Shown here one piece after another: positions 13,131 through 26,022 of a DNA stretch of 64,000 nucleotides. Every line of letters begins with the position of its first letter. Position 1 is the first letter of the stretch. A model generated the notes under the pieces. That model had not been told where the DNA came from, made no database searches, and was given only the letters and a program-made list of their open reading frames with translations. Position numbers and translations under genes: made by a program. This DNA is from Chiloscyllium plagiosum (Eukaryota): NCBI RefSeq assembly GCF_004010195.1, contig NC_057718.1, positions 59,106,838 through 59,170,837 on the forward strand, in the 5' to 3' direction.

Positions 13131-13750
13131 CAGCGCTGGCACAGTTGATTCAGTGCTGGACTTTTTCATTGATTTGGGAAATGTGGCTACAGAGATATGG
13201 GAAGTATTGCATGTATTCTAGAGGCACCCTGTCAATGTATGTGGATCAGGGATGCTAAACTGGCCACAAGAACGTTTGTCTTGGCGATTGTTTAAGAACA
13301 GGCCTAGAATTTTATTAAAGGTAATGAAAAGGTAAAGCAGCCTTTGCATTTGCGATGACGTCACTTCCGCCCCCACCGACCTCGCAGCCTCCCCGATCGC
13401 CGCCCAAACAACCGCCTCCGCGATCGCCATGAAGACAATCGCCGACAGATTCGCGACCTCCGCGGCTATGGGGAATACCTCTGTCTCTGTGGTCGCCGCA
13501 GCCACTTCCGCCCCCAGTGACGTCACTATCAGCGCTGGCACAGTTGATTCAGTGCTGGACTTTTTCATTGATTTGGGAAATGTGGCTACAGAGATATGGG
13601 AAGTATTGCATGTATTCTAGAGGCACCCTGTCAATGTATGTGGATCAGGGATGCTAAACTGGCCACAAGAACGTTTGTCTTGGCGATTGTTTAAGAACAG
13701 GCCTAGAATTTTATTAAAGGTAATGAAAAGGTAAAGCAGCCTTTGCATTT
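13131..13750 (+). repeat. Perfect 221-bp direct duplication (13131-13351 and 13530-13750) flanking a 178-bp GC-rich insert
   Basis: The two copies are identical by direct reading. Confidence 0.97.
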
Positions 13751-13953
13751 ACTGTGCAGAGTGAGCCATCATACAGCAGCCATCCAAAAACTGAAGGTCA
13801 GGGAAGTCAAAAGTAGTTTTCATTTGAAAACTTTCCTATCTAGAAGATATTGAATTTTGACAGTGGTGATATGTCAGGTTGGACAACGTGAATGGTGAAC
13901 AAAGTAGGAGTGCTCGTACAACCTTGTTTGACACCAGCCTTGATGTAAAAGGT

Positions 13954-14089
13954 CAACTAGGAGAAAGTGAGGACTGCAGATGCTGGAGTACCAGAGTTGA
14001 AAAATGTGGTGCTGGAAAAACACAGCAGGCCCAGCAGACTCTCATGCTGCCTGGCCTGCTGTGTTTTTCCAGCACCACATTTTTCAACT
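13954..14089. mobile_element. Fold-back Penelope terminal-repeat mini-insertion lacking the ribozyme core
   Basis: Inverted arms gttgaaaaatgtggtgctggaaaaacacagcaggcc / ggcctgctgtgtttttccagcaccacatttttcaac. 14-bp TSD ttgatgtaaaaggt at 13940 and 14090. Confidence 0.82.
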
Positions 14090-15769
14090 TTGATGTAAAA
14101 GGTGTCAGTTTCAGATCATCTGCTTAGGACAGTGGCACTCATTATTCTGCAGAAGTCTCAAGGTGGTGAAGACCGTCAATCAGCAACCAATAAACTGGAT
14201 GACACTCCACAGGATTTTCCATAGGCTTGTGTGATTTGAGAGACTTAAATGCCTTGGTCAGGTCAACGAAGGTGAGGGACGATTCTTGGTTTTGCACCAA
14301 CAATTTTCCTGTGTCTTCTAGTCACGAAGACCATGTCTGGAGTACCTTCGGATGATCAGAAACCATAGTGGATTTCTAGAGGAATTTCTCAGAGACTGGA
14401 CAAAGAATTCAGGTCAGGATCTTGTTTTTGATAGAGAGGAGAGAAATGCCCCTGTAGTTTTCACAATTCCCTTTATACCCACAAGTAGATTGTGACAATG
14501 GCTATGTTCTTGACATTTCTGGGGATGTCCTCTTTATCCCAGAGATGGAGAGTAAGCTGAGGGAGTCATAATTTGAACTGACCATCAGCATGGTAGACCT
14601 CAGTGCGTATATACCACCTAGATCTCTCACTTTGTTGGTTTCCATCTGTTAGATGATTTCATTGATGGATCACTCTAGGAATTCTCCGCAATGTGCTGTG
14701 GGATGACTTTGTGGATCTTCTTTGTGAATACTCTGCACTCTTGGTTGAGGAAGAGTTTGAAGACCACCCTCCAATGCTGAAGGATGGCTTTGTTGTCCTT
14801 GAGGATCTGGGAGCCATCCTGTGATTAGAGAAGATTAGTCGAATGTGAGTCTTGCCTTGGTAGTCTAAAAAGCTTGTGCATGTCATGCTGGTCTGCATAA
14901 GCTTGAATCTCCTATGTCTTCTCCACTCAGTAATTGTGCTTCACATCATCAGTACATAGCTAGATATCAGCCTTTGGCTGGTGCTATGTTGCTGTCATTC
15001 GCTGGGAATATCGGTGGCTTTGCCAGAGTCTCATTGCTTCCACTTTTGAGCATAGATTTGGGTGTCATTCGTGTCAAATCAGTTCTGGTTCTATTACAGA
15101 GCAAATCTAATAGTCTCTATGCAGATATCAAGGACGGCAGGCTTCAGTTGATCTCAGAATGCCTAGATTTAGGTTATATCAGGGATGGGTACTTGGTCAA
15201 GTCCATTGTGCATCTGGCCCGGGAACTCTTTCCGCTGCCCCAGAGCCTTCAAGGCAGCAATATCCAGTTTTCTCTGGGTAATATTGCCCAGACCTCTGGG
15301 GACCTTAATGTGGTCTTCAGCTGCTGCTTCTGGTGAAAGATTGTGTTTATAACAATCTGTACCTCCCTCCCCAGGGACGCTGCAGTCACCAGGATTACGA
15401 TCTCTCCAGTCAAAAAAACAAGCTAAGCTTCAGAAACTGGAATGTGAAAACATTTGTTGGCAACCTAAAGTCTATTAACTGCAAAAGGCAAATGGCCATT
15501 GTGACCCGAGGATTGTCTAAGAGGAGTGGTGTTGATGTAGTACAAACACCACTCCTCTTAGAAAATCTTTGCTTGCTGTGATGGGACAGTGAAGGACTTT
15601 TGTACAGGGTACACTTTCTTTTGAAAGTTTCTAGCTGCCTCCTCCACCTCTTCAATATGAGAACAGAGTGTCCTAAAGAGGGTTGCTCAGTCATTTATGC
15701 AACTGTATCATAGAATTCCAAGATTACAGAAAGAAGCCAATAGGCCTGTTTATCATGGCCAATCCTCAA

Positions 15770-16215
15770 GGGGCACCAAGTGGCTCATCAATTGCCACTG
15801 CTGCCTCACACTACCAGCAACTCTGATTCGATTCCAGCTTTGGTAACCGTGTGGGGTTTGCTCTTTTTCAATGTGTCTGGGTAGATTTCCTTCCTCTGGT
15901 TTCCTCCCACAGTCCAAAGATGGGCTTAGGTTAGCTGGATTGGCCATAATCTTAATGCTGGGTTCCAGGGATAGGTCAGGAGCCTGAGTCTTGGTGGGAT
16001 GCAGAATAGATTGACCAAATGGCCTCTTTCTACGCTGTAGCAATTCTATGACCTAATCTTTGGACTGTGCAAGGAAACCGGAACACCCAGAGGAAATCCA
16101 TGCGGACACAGGGAGAATGTGCAAACCCCACATAAGGTCGTCCAAGGTTGGAATCAAGCCCAGAATGGAGCCTAGGTCCCTGGAGCTGCAAGGCCTCAGT
16201 GCTAGCCACTATGCC
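15770..16215. mobile_element. Two HE1-type V-SINEs in opposite orientation (+ ~15770-16050, - ~16060-16215)
   Basis: tRNA-like heads and V-domain on each strand. Confidence 0.82.
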
Positions 16216-19200
16216 CCTAGGATACCAAGCACTTGTATATTTTGTTTCAAAATACCTCAATGGTAAATTTTGATATGTGCTTGAGAGTACTAATAAGGCC
16301 TTTGTTTAACATCACAACTGAAAATGGTACCACAACTTGAAGAGTAAGCCTAGAGTTTGTGCTCAAAGTCCAAGAATGGGACTTGTTAGGAGCATACTGT
16401 GAACATCAATATGTGTAGGACATTTTAAACTATAGAAGGCACAGTGTTCCATAAGCGGCAAAACTAAAATAAAGACTATTCATGTGGGACTTTCTATTAA
16501 ATGGACACAAGTCAGAAACTGTAGAATGTAGGAAAAGCATAAGAATGTTCAGAATGGTGGCCGAAAAACTAACACTTTAAAAAAGCTAGAACATGAAAAG
16601 CAAGGATACCAAAAAGGAAAATGTCAAATATGGAGATCCTCTAATTTTCAATAATTGCACAAGTGCAAACAAGTGAGTCACAAGGCATTTCATGGACATG
16701 ATGATAAACTTTGTTATGCAATTACATTCAGCACAAAATAATTTGAATCTGAAGTAAATTATATAAATTATAATAATTTGTATTAAATTATAAATTATAT
16801 TTTATCTTTATATCCCTTTTTGCCTTTAATTGTTTTAAAATAAATATCTGGCCAAATCTGTAACCGGAAGGTGTATGAATTACAACAAAATATTGAAACA
16901 GAGTACATGAATATTGTAATAAAATACATGTATTTTGTAACCATTTGCTACATTTGTTTATTTTGCAAAGATTTGATCTGTGCATTTGTTACCAAGTATT
17001 AGGCAGTAGTATTTGAATATATTTTTAATTAAGGCGTATGATTTTTTTTCACGGCTAGAGTTACAGCTTGACATTTTTACATGGCATCCATATTGAAATG
17101 CATAATTTTCCTTATGGTCCCTGTCTTCCTGCTGGGATGATAATGTTTTGATGTATTTTTCTGCTGCTGTGATGAGAGGGTTGCTGCTGCTGCTCTGACA
17201 TATTCATTCAGATGAATAATTATAACTTGTGCAATGTCAAGCAGATGATGGCAGATCTTTGCACATCAAGCCAAAGCCTGATCGCCAGTGCAGGTGTTTC
17301 ACAGCATGATCAGATAAAGCCAGTGGTTTGAAGCTGAGATGGCACATCTTGACTAGTGAGGAATGAGCATCAAGGGCAAAGTGGCCTATGCCCATATGTA
17401 ACTGTTATCTCACTGGACAGCTTTATCTAGTGACAGGGCTGTTAACCTCTTGCTCTCAACTGTAACAAAAGTAAAAATATTAATTGAAGCCTCTGACTTC
17501 CTCATGGAAAGCCACCTAAAGGTAAAGGGTTAATTTCCTACAGACTAATCTTTGATTACAACCTTGTTAACATTCTGAGGTCTCTTTTATTTAAGAAATG
17601 AATTAGCTTTCCTGGAGATCAAGACAATAATGCACCTTTCCTTATTGTGCTTTTGAATATATAAAACATGGCTTCATGTCAAAAAACAGACTCCAAGCTA
17701 AAGGCATTCAAAGTAGTGAAGTCTGACTTTTGACTCAAGCAGATTTTTGTGTTGTTAATTCTCTTACTCATGTAGTCACCTTTTTTAGTGATGTTCTGTC
17801 AGTGTGATTTAGAAAATGTAATGGTTGAATTGTGTATTAAATTAACAGTCCGTGGTCTGCACCACAAAGATAACCATAGAAATATTGATTTTAGTTAACC
17901 CGTCATAAGTATTACAACCATTTTTACCCACAAACTTAACTTCAGACTTGTGATTATAAAAGGGAAGAAGATTTTTTTAAAATGAATTTAAACATATGTA
18001 GCATAAATGCCTTATTTGTGGAAACTAAAGTATGTTTGATGAGCTGTCAAGCACCTGACTGCCTCAAGGCCTTGAAGTTGAAAATGAAAGTGATTGCTTG
18101 GAAATTTATATCTGAAAAAAATCACATTGAAGTTGAAATGGAATGTGGATAATGTAAATACTGCAGAACTCAATTAGTTATCTGCCTGTAATGTGCGAGG
18201 AATTTGATTTTATAAAGAGTGTGCAAATAAACTACGCTTAAGCCAAGCGGTAGCAGACAGTACTTTAAATTAAGGTATTAATGATCTAAACTGCTGGAAT
18301 GATTGGCAAGGTTACAGTGAAAGTTTAAGTTCCGATAAGCTTTTTGTTTTTAAAGTGAAAGAAGAGAGAAAATCCTTACAAATTCTGAATGAGCCAATGT
18401 TAAATTCACAGAGGATCATACATTTTGTAAGTTTTGATGCTACTTGGCCCAGTTACGCATTGCAAGCTAAAGGGGTGGGGGGGATGTTGAACTATTTGCT
18501 TTGGATTTCCACAGCAGATGGAGCCACTTTACTGTAATACAACCATAAATAAACTTTCAGTAAAAATTGCTGAGGCAGACTAAACCTTTCAGGATAGTTT
18601 ACATTAAAGCAAAAGCATGCGCCTGCAGCAGAATGGATAAGTATAGAATGTAGATCTGCAGTCTGTCATGCTGACAAGGGTTAGTGGCTTTGAGCCACAC
18701 ACAATCAGTTGTCAATCATTTATGTGATTCACAACTTGAGCATAAGAAAATGCAACTGAGATGGAGACATTGGATGTAGATGAATGCAAATATTTGATTT
18801 CCTTTCAAATGAGCAGAGATGGGGCAAACATTTTACTTAATTTGTGAAATCTGCTTTGAGATTGATAAATACATTAGGCATTTAGAGAAAGATCCTGCCC
18901 TTCAGGTGTCTATGTCTATAGCTTCACATTAAGTGTGTAGTAAATTCGAGTATCTTCCTTTGTCATGTCATTGGTTTCAACGTGTAGCATGGGTGAAAAA
19001 GAACTGCAAAAAGTTGAATTGTACATTTTGTTTAAATGTCTAAGTTTATATGATGAATGTGTTTTGACTGAAACTGTGATATCGCCTTCAATTTATGAGT
19101 GCATTTGCTGAATTCTGCCCAAATTATTAAAACATGCCAAGGTGCGATCAAAGGTAAAATTCTAAGTTGTTCTTTGTCAGGAATCTTGTATTTTCAGTCT

Positions 19201-20009
19201 GGATATTGCATATACAATTGCATAAATGCAAGCCAGAAAATTTAAATCGAAGACTTCTCCACTGTTCGATTTAAGGAGGAGTGGAAAATCCAAATTGCCA
19301 ACATGATAGAAAAATGTACATAACATTGCAATAAGTGCTTCCCACATGAATAGTAATCTCTATTACTGGGCAGAATTGTGTGCGTGAAGTCATCAAGTCC
19401 ATCGGAAGGAGTAAGAAAGGCTACTTGGAGAATATTCTTTTCCCAATAATGCATGTTGGAATATTTCTGTGCATCCCACTGCCTCTGCAGCAATGTACTG
19501 AACAGATACCATTTATACCGGCTTTGCTTTTAATTATGTTAGTCTGCATAGACATGGGTGCGTTAGCTTTTTTGTCACAGCCCAATATAAATCCCAGGGC
19601 ATTGCTGAATCCCAAACCCATTATGCCTACAACTCTCTTGAATTTACATTGAATGTGCTGGTAAATGACAATTATTGGTACCCATCCGTGTGGAAACCCC
19701 AGAGAGGTCCTGTAACCATTTGAGGAAGTATTCACAGCCAAATCTTGGAGGTAGAGTCTTTCTTACTGCAACACATGATCTTTATTGATTTTATAGGCTC
19801 TTAGAATGTCATTTATGATGTCATTCTGGATTCAAGACCCCACGTTGGAGACTTGCACGTGTAACTATGCTGGTATTTAAATTCAATACAAGGGATTGCA
19901 TAGACATTATTCAAGGAGTATGAGAGTTCTGATTAGCATTGTCCAATATTTGATTGTTGTTTATTGTTTGAGGGATTCTGCTTTGCACTCATTGGCTGCT
20001 GCATTTTGT

Positions 20010-20806
20010 AAGTTATCTTTTTCCCGGCAGCTTAATGTTCCAGGATACAAATGCTATAGGAAGGATAGAGTGGGGGTGGGTGGGGGTGGAGGAGGGAGGA
20101 GAGAGACAGGAGGGGCAGTGGCATTTTTGATAAGGGATAGCGTTACGACTATACTTGGGGAGGATACAGAACTGGCTGAAAGGTAGAAGACAGAGTGTGG
20201 TGGTAGAGGGTTGTTTGTCAGACTGGAGGCCTGTGACCAGTGGTGTGCCACAAGGATCGGTGCTGGGTCCGCTGTTTTTCATCATTTTTATAAATGATTT
20301 GGATGTAAACATAGGAGGTATGGTTAGTAAGTTTGCAGATGACACCAAAATTAGAGCTGTAGTGGACAGCGAAGAAGGTTACCTCAGAGTACAACAGGAT
20401 CTTGATCAGATGAGTCAATGGGCTGAGGAGTGGCAGATGGAGTTTAATTTAGATAAATATGAGGAGCTGCATTTTGGAAAAGCAAATCAGATTAGGTCTT
20501 ATACACTTAATTGTAAGGTCTTGGGGAGTGTTGCTGAATAGACACCTTGGAGTGCAGGTTCATAGTTCCTTGAAAGTGGAGTCGCAGATAGATAGGATAG
20601 TGCAGAAGGCGTTTGGTATGCTTTCCTTTGTTGGTCAGAGCATTGAGTACAGGAGTTGGGAGGTCATGTTGTGGTTCTACAGGAATTGTTGGAGGGATAT
20701 GGGCCAAGTGTGGGCAAATGGAACTAGATTGGGCTAGGATATCTGGTCAGCATGGACGAGTTGGACCAATGGGTCTGTTTTAATGCTGTACATCTCAATG
20801 ACTCTA
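20010..20806 (+). mobile_element. Internally deleted CR1 LINE
   Basis: Endonuclease remnant LNVPGYKCYRKDR..GGAVAFLI joined to RT SGVPQGSVLGPLFF..SKFADDTK, then a 3' tail. Confidence 0.93.
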
Positions 20807-21224
20807 AATCAAACCACTTTTCTGATCTGTTCCTACATTTCTGGCCTGTTCCTACATTTCTTGCCACCAGACTCCTCGTTTCCTCCTGCCAATAGACCCC
20901 ACTAGCACTGTTCATGAAGATGATATATTTAAAGTTGCCAGTGTTAGTTTGATGTATTTCCTGGAAATTTAATCAAGTGACATTTGCTGTCATGGCATTT
21001 GATGATGTGCCACTTTCCCATTTTTTACTAGTATTTTATTTGGCTTAGCTGAGTCAGTGTCATGGTTTCAACAATCCTGAGTAAAATATTTGACTTGTTT
21101 TGTATTCTGATAAATAGCCTGCTGTATAATATTTAAGGTTAAGTAATGCTTATCAAAAAAACTACTGTGATCTTGCGTTATCGTACTGTAAAACAACCTA
21201 AAAGAATATACATCTCAATCGTGT

Positions 21225-23140
21225 CCCTTCTCAATCTTATCTGTTCTCGGGAAAGCAACCTAGGTCTGCCTTAACTCTCTTCAATACTGAACGTCTCCAG
21301 CCCAGGCAACATCCTGATAAATCTCCTCTGCACCCTTTCTGTTGCTATCACATCCCTCCACATAATATGGATAGGGTTCAATTAGCTCAGTTGGCTCTAT
21401 GACTAGTTGCCAATGCAGAGTGATGCCCATAGCATGGATTCAATTCCTGCACTGGCCGAGGTTACCAAAAAGGATTCTCCTTCTCAATCTCTCTCCTCAC
21501 TTGAGGTGTGATGACTCTCAGGTTAAGCCATCACCAGTCATCTCTCTCTCTTTAATTAGAGAGCAGCCCCATGATCTGGTAAGACTATGGTGACTTTACC
21601 TTACTTTATAATAATGCATTCCAGAACTGCACACAATAATCTAGGTGTGGCCGAACTAATGTTTTATACAGCTACAGCATAACTTCCTTGCTCTTAAATT
21701 CTATGCCTCAGCTAATAAATATGCCTTCTAAACCACTTTATCCAGTTGTATTGTTACCTTAAGGGATTGGTGTGTAAGCGAATGTCTCTTTGATCCTCAG
21801 TGCTTCCCAGAATCCTACTGTTCATCAGGTGTTCTCTTGTCTTGTTTGTCCTACCCATGTGCATCACCTCATATTTATCTGGATTGAATTCCATTTGCCA
21901 CTGATCTTGTAACTTATTTCTTGTAATCTAAAGGTATACTCCTCACTATTTGACACTCCTCCAATTTTTTTGTATCATCTGCTAATGTTCTGATCGACCC
22001 TCCTACATTTAAGTCTAAATCATTTATATAAAACACAAATCACAAGGTCCCAACACTGACTGTGTGGGACACCACAGGACACCAACTTCCAGTCATTGTG
22101 GATTCACTTTGTCAGATTTCCATGGCTCCATAGGGCTCTTACTTTTGCTACGCATTTCTCTTGTGAGATTGTCACAAAAGCCTTGCTGAAATCCAAGTAG
22201 ATTACAATAGACCATAAGACATGGGAGCAAAAATTAGACCATTCAGCCCATCAAGTCTGCTCCACCATTCAATCATGGCTGATAAGTTTCCCATCCCCAT
22301 TCTCCTGCTTTCTGCCCATAATCCTTGATCCCCTTGATAGTCAAGAACCTATCTATCTCAGTCTTAAGTATGCTTAATGCCTGGCCTCCACAGCCTTCTG
22401 TGGCAATGAATTCCATAGATTCACCAACCTCTGGCTGAAGAAGTTTCTCCTTGTCCCCGTTCTAAAAGGTCTTCGCTTTACTCTAAGGCTGTGCCCTTGG
22501 GTCCTAGTCTCTCCTACCAATGAAATCGTCTTCCCAACATCCACTCTGTCCAGGCTATTCAGTATTCTGTAGGTTTCAATTCGATTCCCTCTCACCCTTC
22601 TAAACTCCGTTGGGTATAAATCCAGTGTCCTCAAACGTTCCTTACATATTAAGCTTTTCAGTCTTGGGATCATTCTCGTGAACCTCCTCTGAACACACTC
22701 CAGGGCCAGTATATCCTTCCTGAGATATGGGGCCCAAAACTCTGCACGATACTTAAAATGCTACTTCTTTGCCCATTCTCTTAACCTATCCAAATCCTTC
22801 TGCAACCTCCCTGCTTCCTTAATGTCACCTGTCCCTCTATCTATCTTTGTATCATCTGCAAACTTAGCCAGATTGTCCTCAGTTCCTTCATCTAGATCGT
22901 TAACGTATAAAGTTAAAAATTGTAGTCCCAACACTGACCCTTTCGGAACACTACTCATTATTGGCTGCCATCCTGAGAAGGACTCTTTTATCCCCACTTT
23001 CTGCTGGCTTTCTGCCAGACGGCCAAGCTTCTGTCCATGCTAGCACCTTGCCTCTGACAGCATGGGTCCGTGTCTTTCACATTAAAAGCCTCCTCTACAC
23101 ACCTGGTTACTCTTTGAAAAATTCAGTCAGGTTGGTCAGA
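21225..23140 (-). mobile_element. Adjacent CR1 LINE fragments (~21225-22210 and ~22211-23140)
   Basis: VPKGSVLG..AKFADDTK and RRNFFSQRLVNLWNSLP motifs. Confidence 0.88.
21370..21607 (+). mobile_element. tRNA-derived SINE nested in CR1
   Basis: A-box-like tagctcagttgg, B-box-like gattcaattcc, and a gactatggtgactttacc tail. Confidence 0.7.
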
Positions 23141-24897
23141 CATGGGATCAGTCATGATCCTATTGAATGATGGAACCGCTCAAGGAGCCAAACAACCTAT
23201 GCTTGTTCCTATTTCTTCTAATCTTATGACTTCTCTTTAACAAAACCACGCTGGTTGTATGTTTGTTTGTATGTTTATTTGCTTTTGTTTAATCCCTTCC
23301 TCTCCAAATGCAGATTAATTATGACTCTTTAAATTGCTTCCAAACGTTACCCCACCACCAAGGTTAGAACAGCAACAGTCTGATCCCTTGTACAACATTG
23401 TGTGCGTCTCTCTCTCTCTCTGTCTCTCTCTGTCTCTAAGTTCTGTGATACACCTGATTAGGTTCCAGGGATTTATCTACCTTTTGTGTTTTATAATCTC
23501 CAACACCTCCTCTTCTGTTTTATGGACACTTTTCAAGATATTACTGTTTATTTCCCCAAGTTCCCTAGCATCCGTTATTCTCCAGAGTAAGTATTGAGGT
23601 GAAATATTTCTTTAGTATCTTCCCCCATCTTTTGTGGTTCCACTCATAGATGGCCTTACACTCTCTGTGAGCAGTCACTTCCTCTCGTGTTTCCTGTGGC
23701 TCAGTTCCTCTGATGCAAGCAATGATGTTTGACACAGCTTTGATATGCCTTGCTTAAGCCTTGAGGCCTCTTAAGTTGTACTAGTTTAGTACTTGACATG
23801 TAGGTGGTATTTAATGGAAGTGATGGGGATCTTGCTGGCAGGCTAGAAAGCTAGTTAGAATTCTGTGTTGCCATTTTTTTAAAGTAAGGCGAACTCATTA
23901 AATGACACTTGGGCATGTAACTGGATAGTGGCGGGCTTATGCCTGGAGCAGAAGTCACCCCCGGCCGTCAGCTGCCAGCATATGAGAGGCCAGCAGCTCG
24001 AATGAATGGCAGTGCTACCAGGGAGGCTATGGCTGCTGCTAGTGTGACAGCCAAGCGAAGGCTTAGTATTAACGTTGGATTCCAGCCTGCAGGAATGCAG
24101 TATTGTAGTGGAAGAGAGTCGGCAACAGGGGCCCGGCGGGTCTGTCAGTGAGTACCTCCCTTCTTACTGGGTGCCTCAATCCTGCCTTTGAATGAAGGAA
24201 ACCATCCATTCCAGAAGCCTGCAAGCAAACTCTCTCAAAGTTTGCTTATCCTGCGTCTGGTGTAAACAGCCTGTGATGCACTACTTAGTTAATGCAAGTG
24301 GTTGCCTGGTGGTGACTTTAAGTGGCTATTAATTGCCCAGTTAAGGGTCTCTATTGACTGCCCAGAGGGAAGGCTGAATCTGTCAGTCCCAGCTTGGGCA
24401 ATACTCAGTTGGGATCCCCAACTGCCACCCTACCACCCAATGAAATGTCCCTCTGCTGACAAATGCCATAGAGGAGAGCATTAAGTTCACTTTGTATGTG
24501 AGAATCCAGGCCTCCATTCTGCGTCTGTGTTACTATGCTTCTACTGGGGTTATTGTGTGTATTTTGTTTTAGCTGTAGTTTTTGCATTCGCTTGGTATTT
24601 TGAAATTATTTCAGTCAAACAATAATACTTCAGTCTCAACTGTATCCTATGAAAGGACATTACTTTATCCACTCCTTTATTCTGAAAAACAGGCATTCTC
24701 CAATTCTCTCTGCTTTCTGCCTCTTAAGTCAAGTTAGTACCCAGACTATAATTCCGCCTTTAATCCCATGGATTTCAATTTTGCTAACAGTTTATTCTGT
24801 GGTGCCTTGTATTGTATATATTCAAATCATCAGCACTACGTTCATTAACTTCTCTACCATTTCATCAAATAACTCTGTTAAATATTTCCTTTCTCAG

Positions 24898-25048
24898 AGC
24901 TGTTTGATACATCTTCACAGTCAGTTTTTGGCAGCAGTGGAGTCACTGCAGGAATTCTGGGATGTTATGGATGAGATAGATGAGAAGACCTGGGTGCTCG
25001 AACCAGAAAAACCAGCACGTGCAACCACAACGCGCAGAATTGCCATTG
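24898..25048 (+). CDS. FANCL: FANCL coding exon (exon 8 equivalent, DRWD domain)
   Basis: ttctcag|AGC...ATT G|gtacat. 151 bp, SCLIHLHSQFLAAVESLQEFWDVMDEIDEKTWVLEPEKPARATTTRRIAI(G). Confidence 0.98.
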
Positions 25049-25185
25049 GTACATTTCTTTTACAGATCTATCTGACTAGTTTTGAAATGATATTGAGAAA
25101 ATATATGAATAGTACAGATGCTGATATGCTATTCAGCAGTTCCTTAAACAAAATCGTTAAAGGAATATTGATTTTTTTTTTAAAA

Positions 25186-25556
25186 AGAGGCTGAGGGGTG
25201 ACCTTATAGACATTCATAAAATTGTGATGGGCATCTAAGTTCTTTTTCCCAGGGTAGGGGGTCCAAAACTAGACGACATAGGTTTAAAGTGAGAGGGAAA
25301 AGATTCAAAAGAGACCTGAGGGGCAATATTTTCACCAGGGATGTGCATGTATGGAATGAGCTGACAGAGGGAGTGGTGGATGCTGGACAAATACAACATT
25401 TAAAATGCATATGGATGAGTACATGAATAGGAAGGGTTTAGAGGGATATGGGCCAAATGCTAACAAATGGGACGAGATCAGTTGAGTATATTTGGTCAGC
25501 ATGGACGAGTTGGTCTGAAGGTCTGTTTCGTGCTTTATAATTCTATGAATCTATGT
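25186..25556 (+). mobile_element. CR1 LINE 3' fragment
   Basis: gaggctgaggggtgaccttataga...ggatatgggccaaatgc and a tctatga tail. Confidence 0.88.
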
Positions 25557-25837
25557 AAGAAACCTCCAGTAATGATGATCATATTGACTTTATTGTTGTT
25601 CTTACTTTCTGAAGTTATGGTAGAAAACCCTATATTTGCTTAGCTTTAGCCTTTAATCATTCATTGTTTTCCTTTCAGGTCTTATATGTTGTGAAATTCA
25701 AGACTGTAAGCAGGTTAACCCCTGATATATAACCACGTTTAAACAGGGGAAAAAAAAATTCCCTTCAATTACCAGAAATGACCTTGACCCCGGCCAGCAA
25801 TGTTTTACTTATACATACACAAAACGAGAGTCTTATC

Positions 25838-26022
25838 TCGATGCTGGAAAGACTCTTCAGCATCTGTGAAGAGAAATTGGAATTAACGTTTCAGGTCCTG
25901 TGATTGAGGATAGGTCACCGGACTAGAAATGTTAACTCTGATTTCTCTTTACAGATGCTGCCAGATCTGCTGAGCTTTTCCAGCAACTTCTGTTTTTGTT
26001 TCTGATTTACAGCATCCACCAT
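25838..26022. mobile_element. Degenerate inverted Penelope terminal-repeat element
   Basis: Imperfect inverted arms cagcatctgtgaagagaaat / atttctctttacagatgctg around a decayed tgagga...gaaatgtt core. Confidence 0.65.

Larger units (their letters stand above)
12430..15330 (-). mobile_element. Decayed RTE-clade LINE (RT region)
   Basis: Minus-strand LTFVDLTKAF at 14247-14276 with flanking RT-like remnants. Boundaries are approximate. Confidence 0.7.

Noticed and set aside
13131..13750. CRISPR array or LTR retrotransposon
   Set aside because: There are only two long repeats, with no TG..CA ends, PBS or PPT, and the context is eukaryotic with no cas genes.
20827..20861. Small tandem duplications (also at 45181-45215) and CT/GT microsatellites
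   Set aside because: Ordinary slippage products.
24649..25194. 181-aa ORF as a standalone gene
   Set aside because: Only 24898-25048 is coding (a FANCL exon). The rest is intronic read-through.
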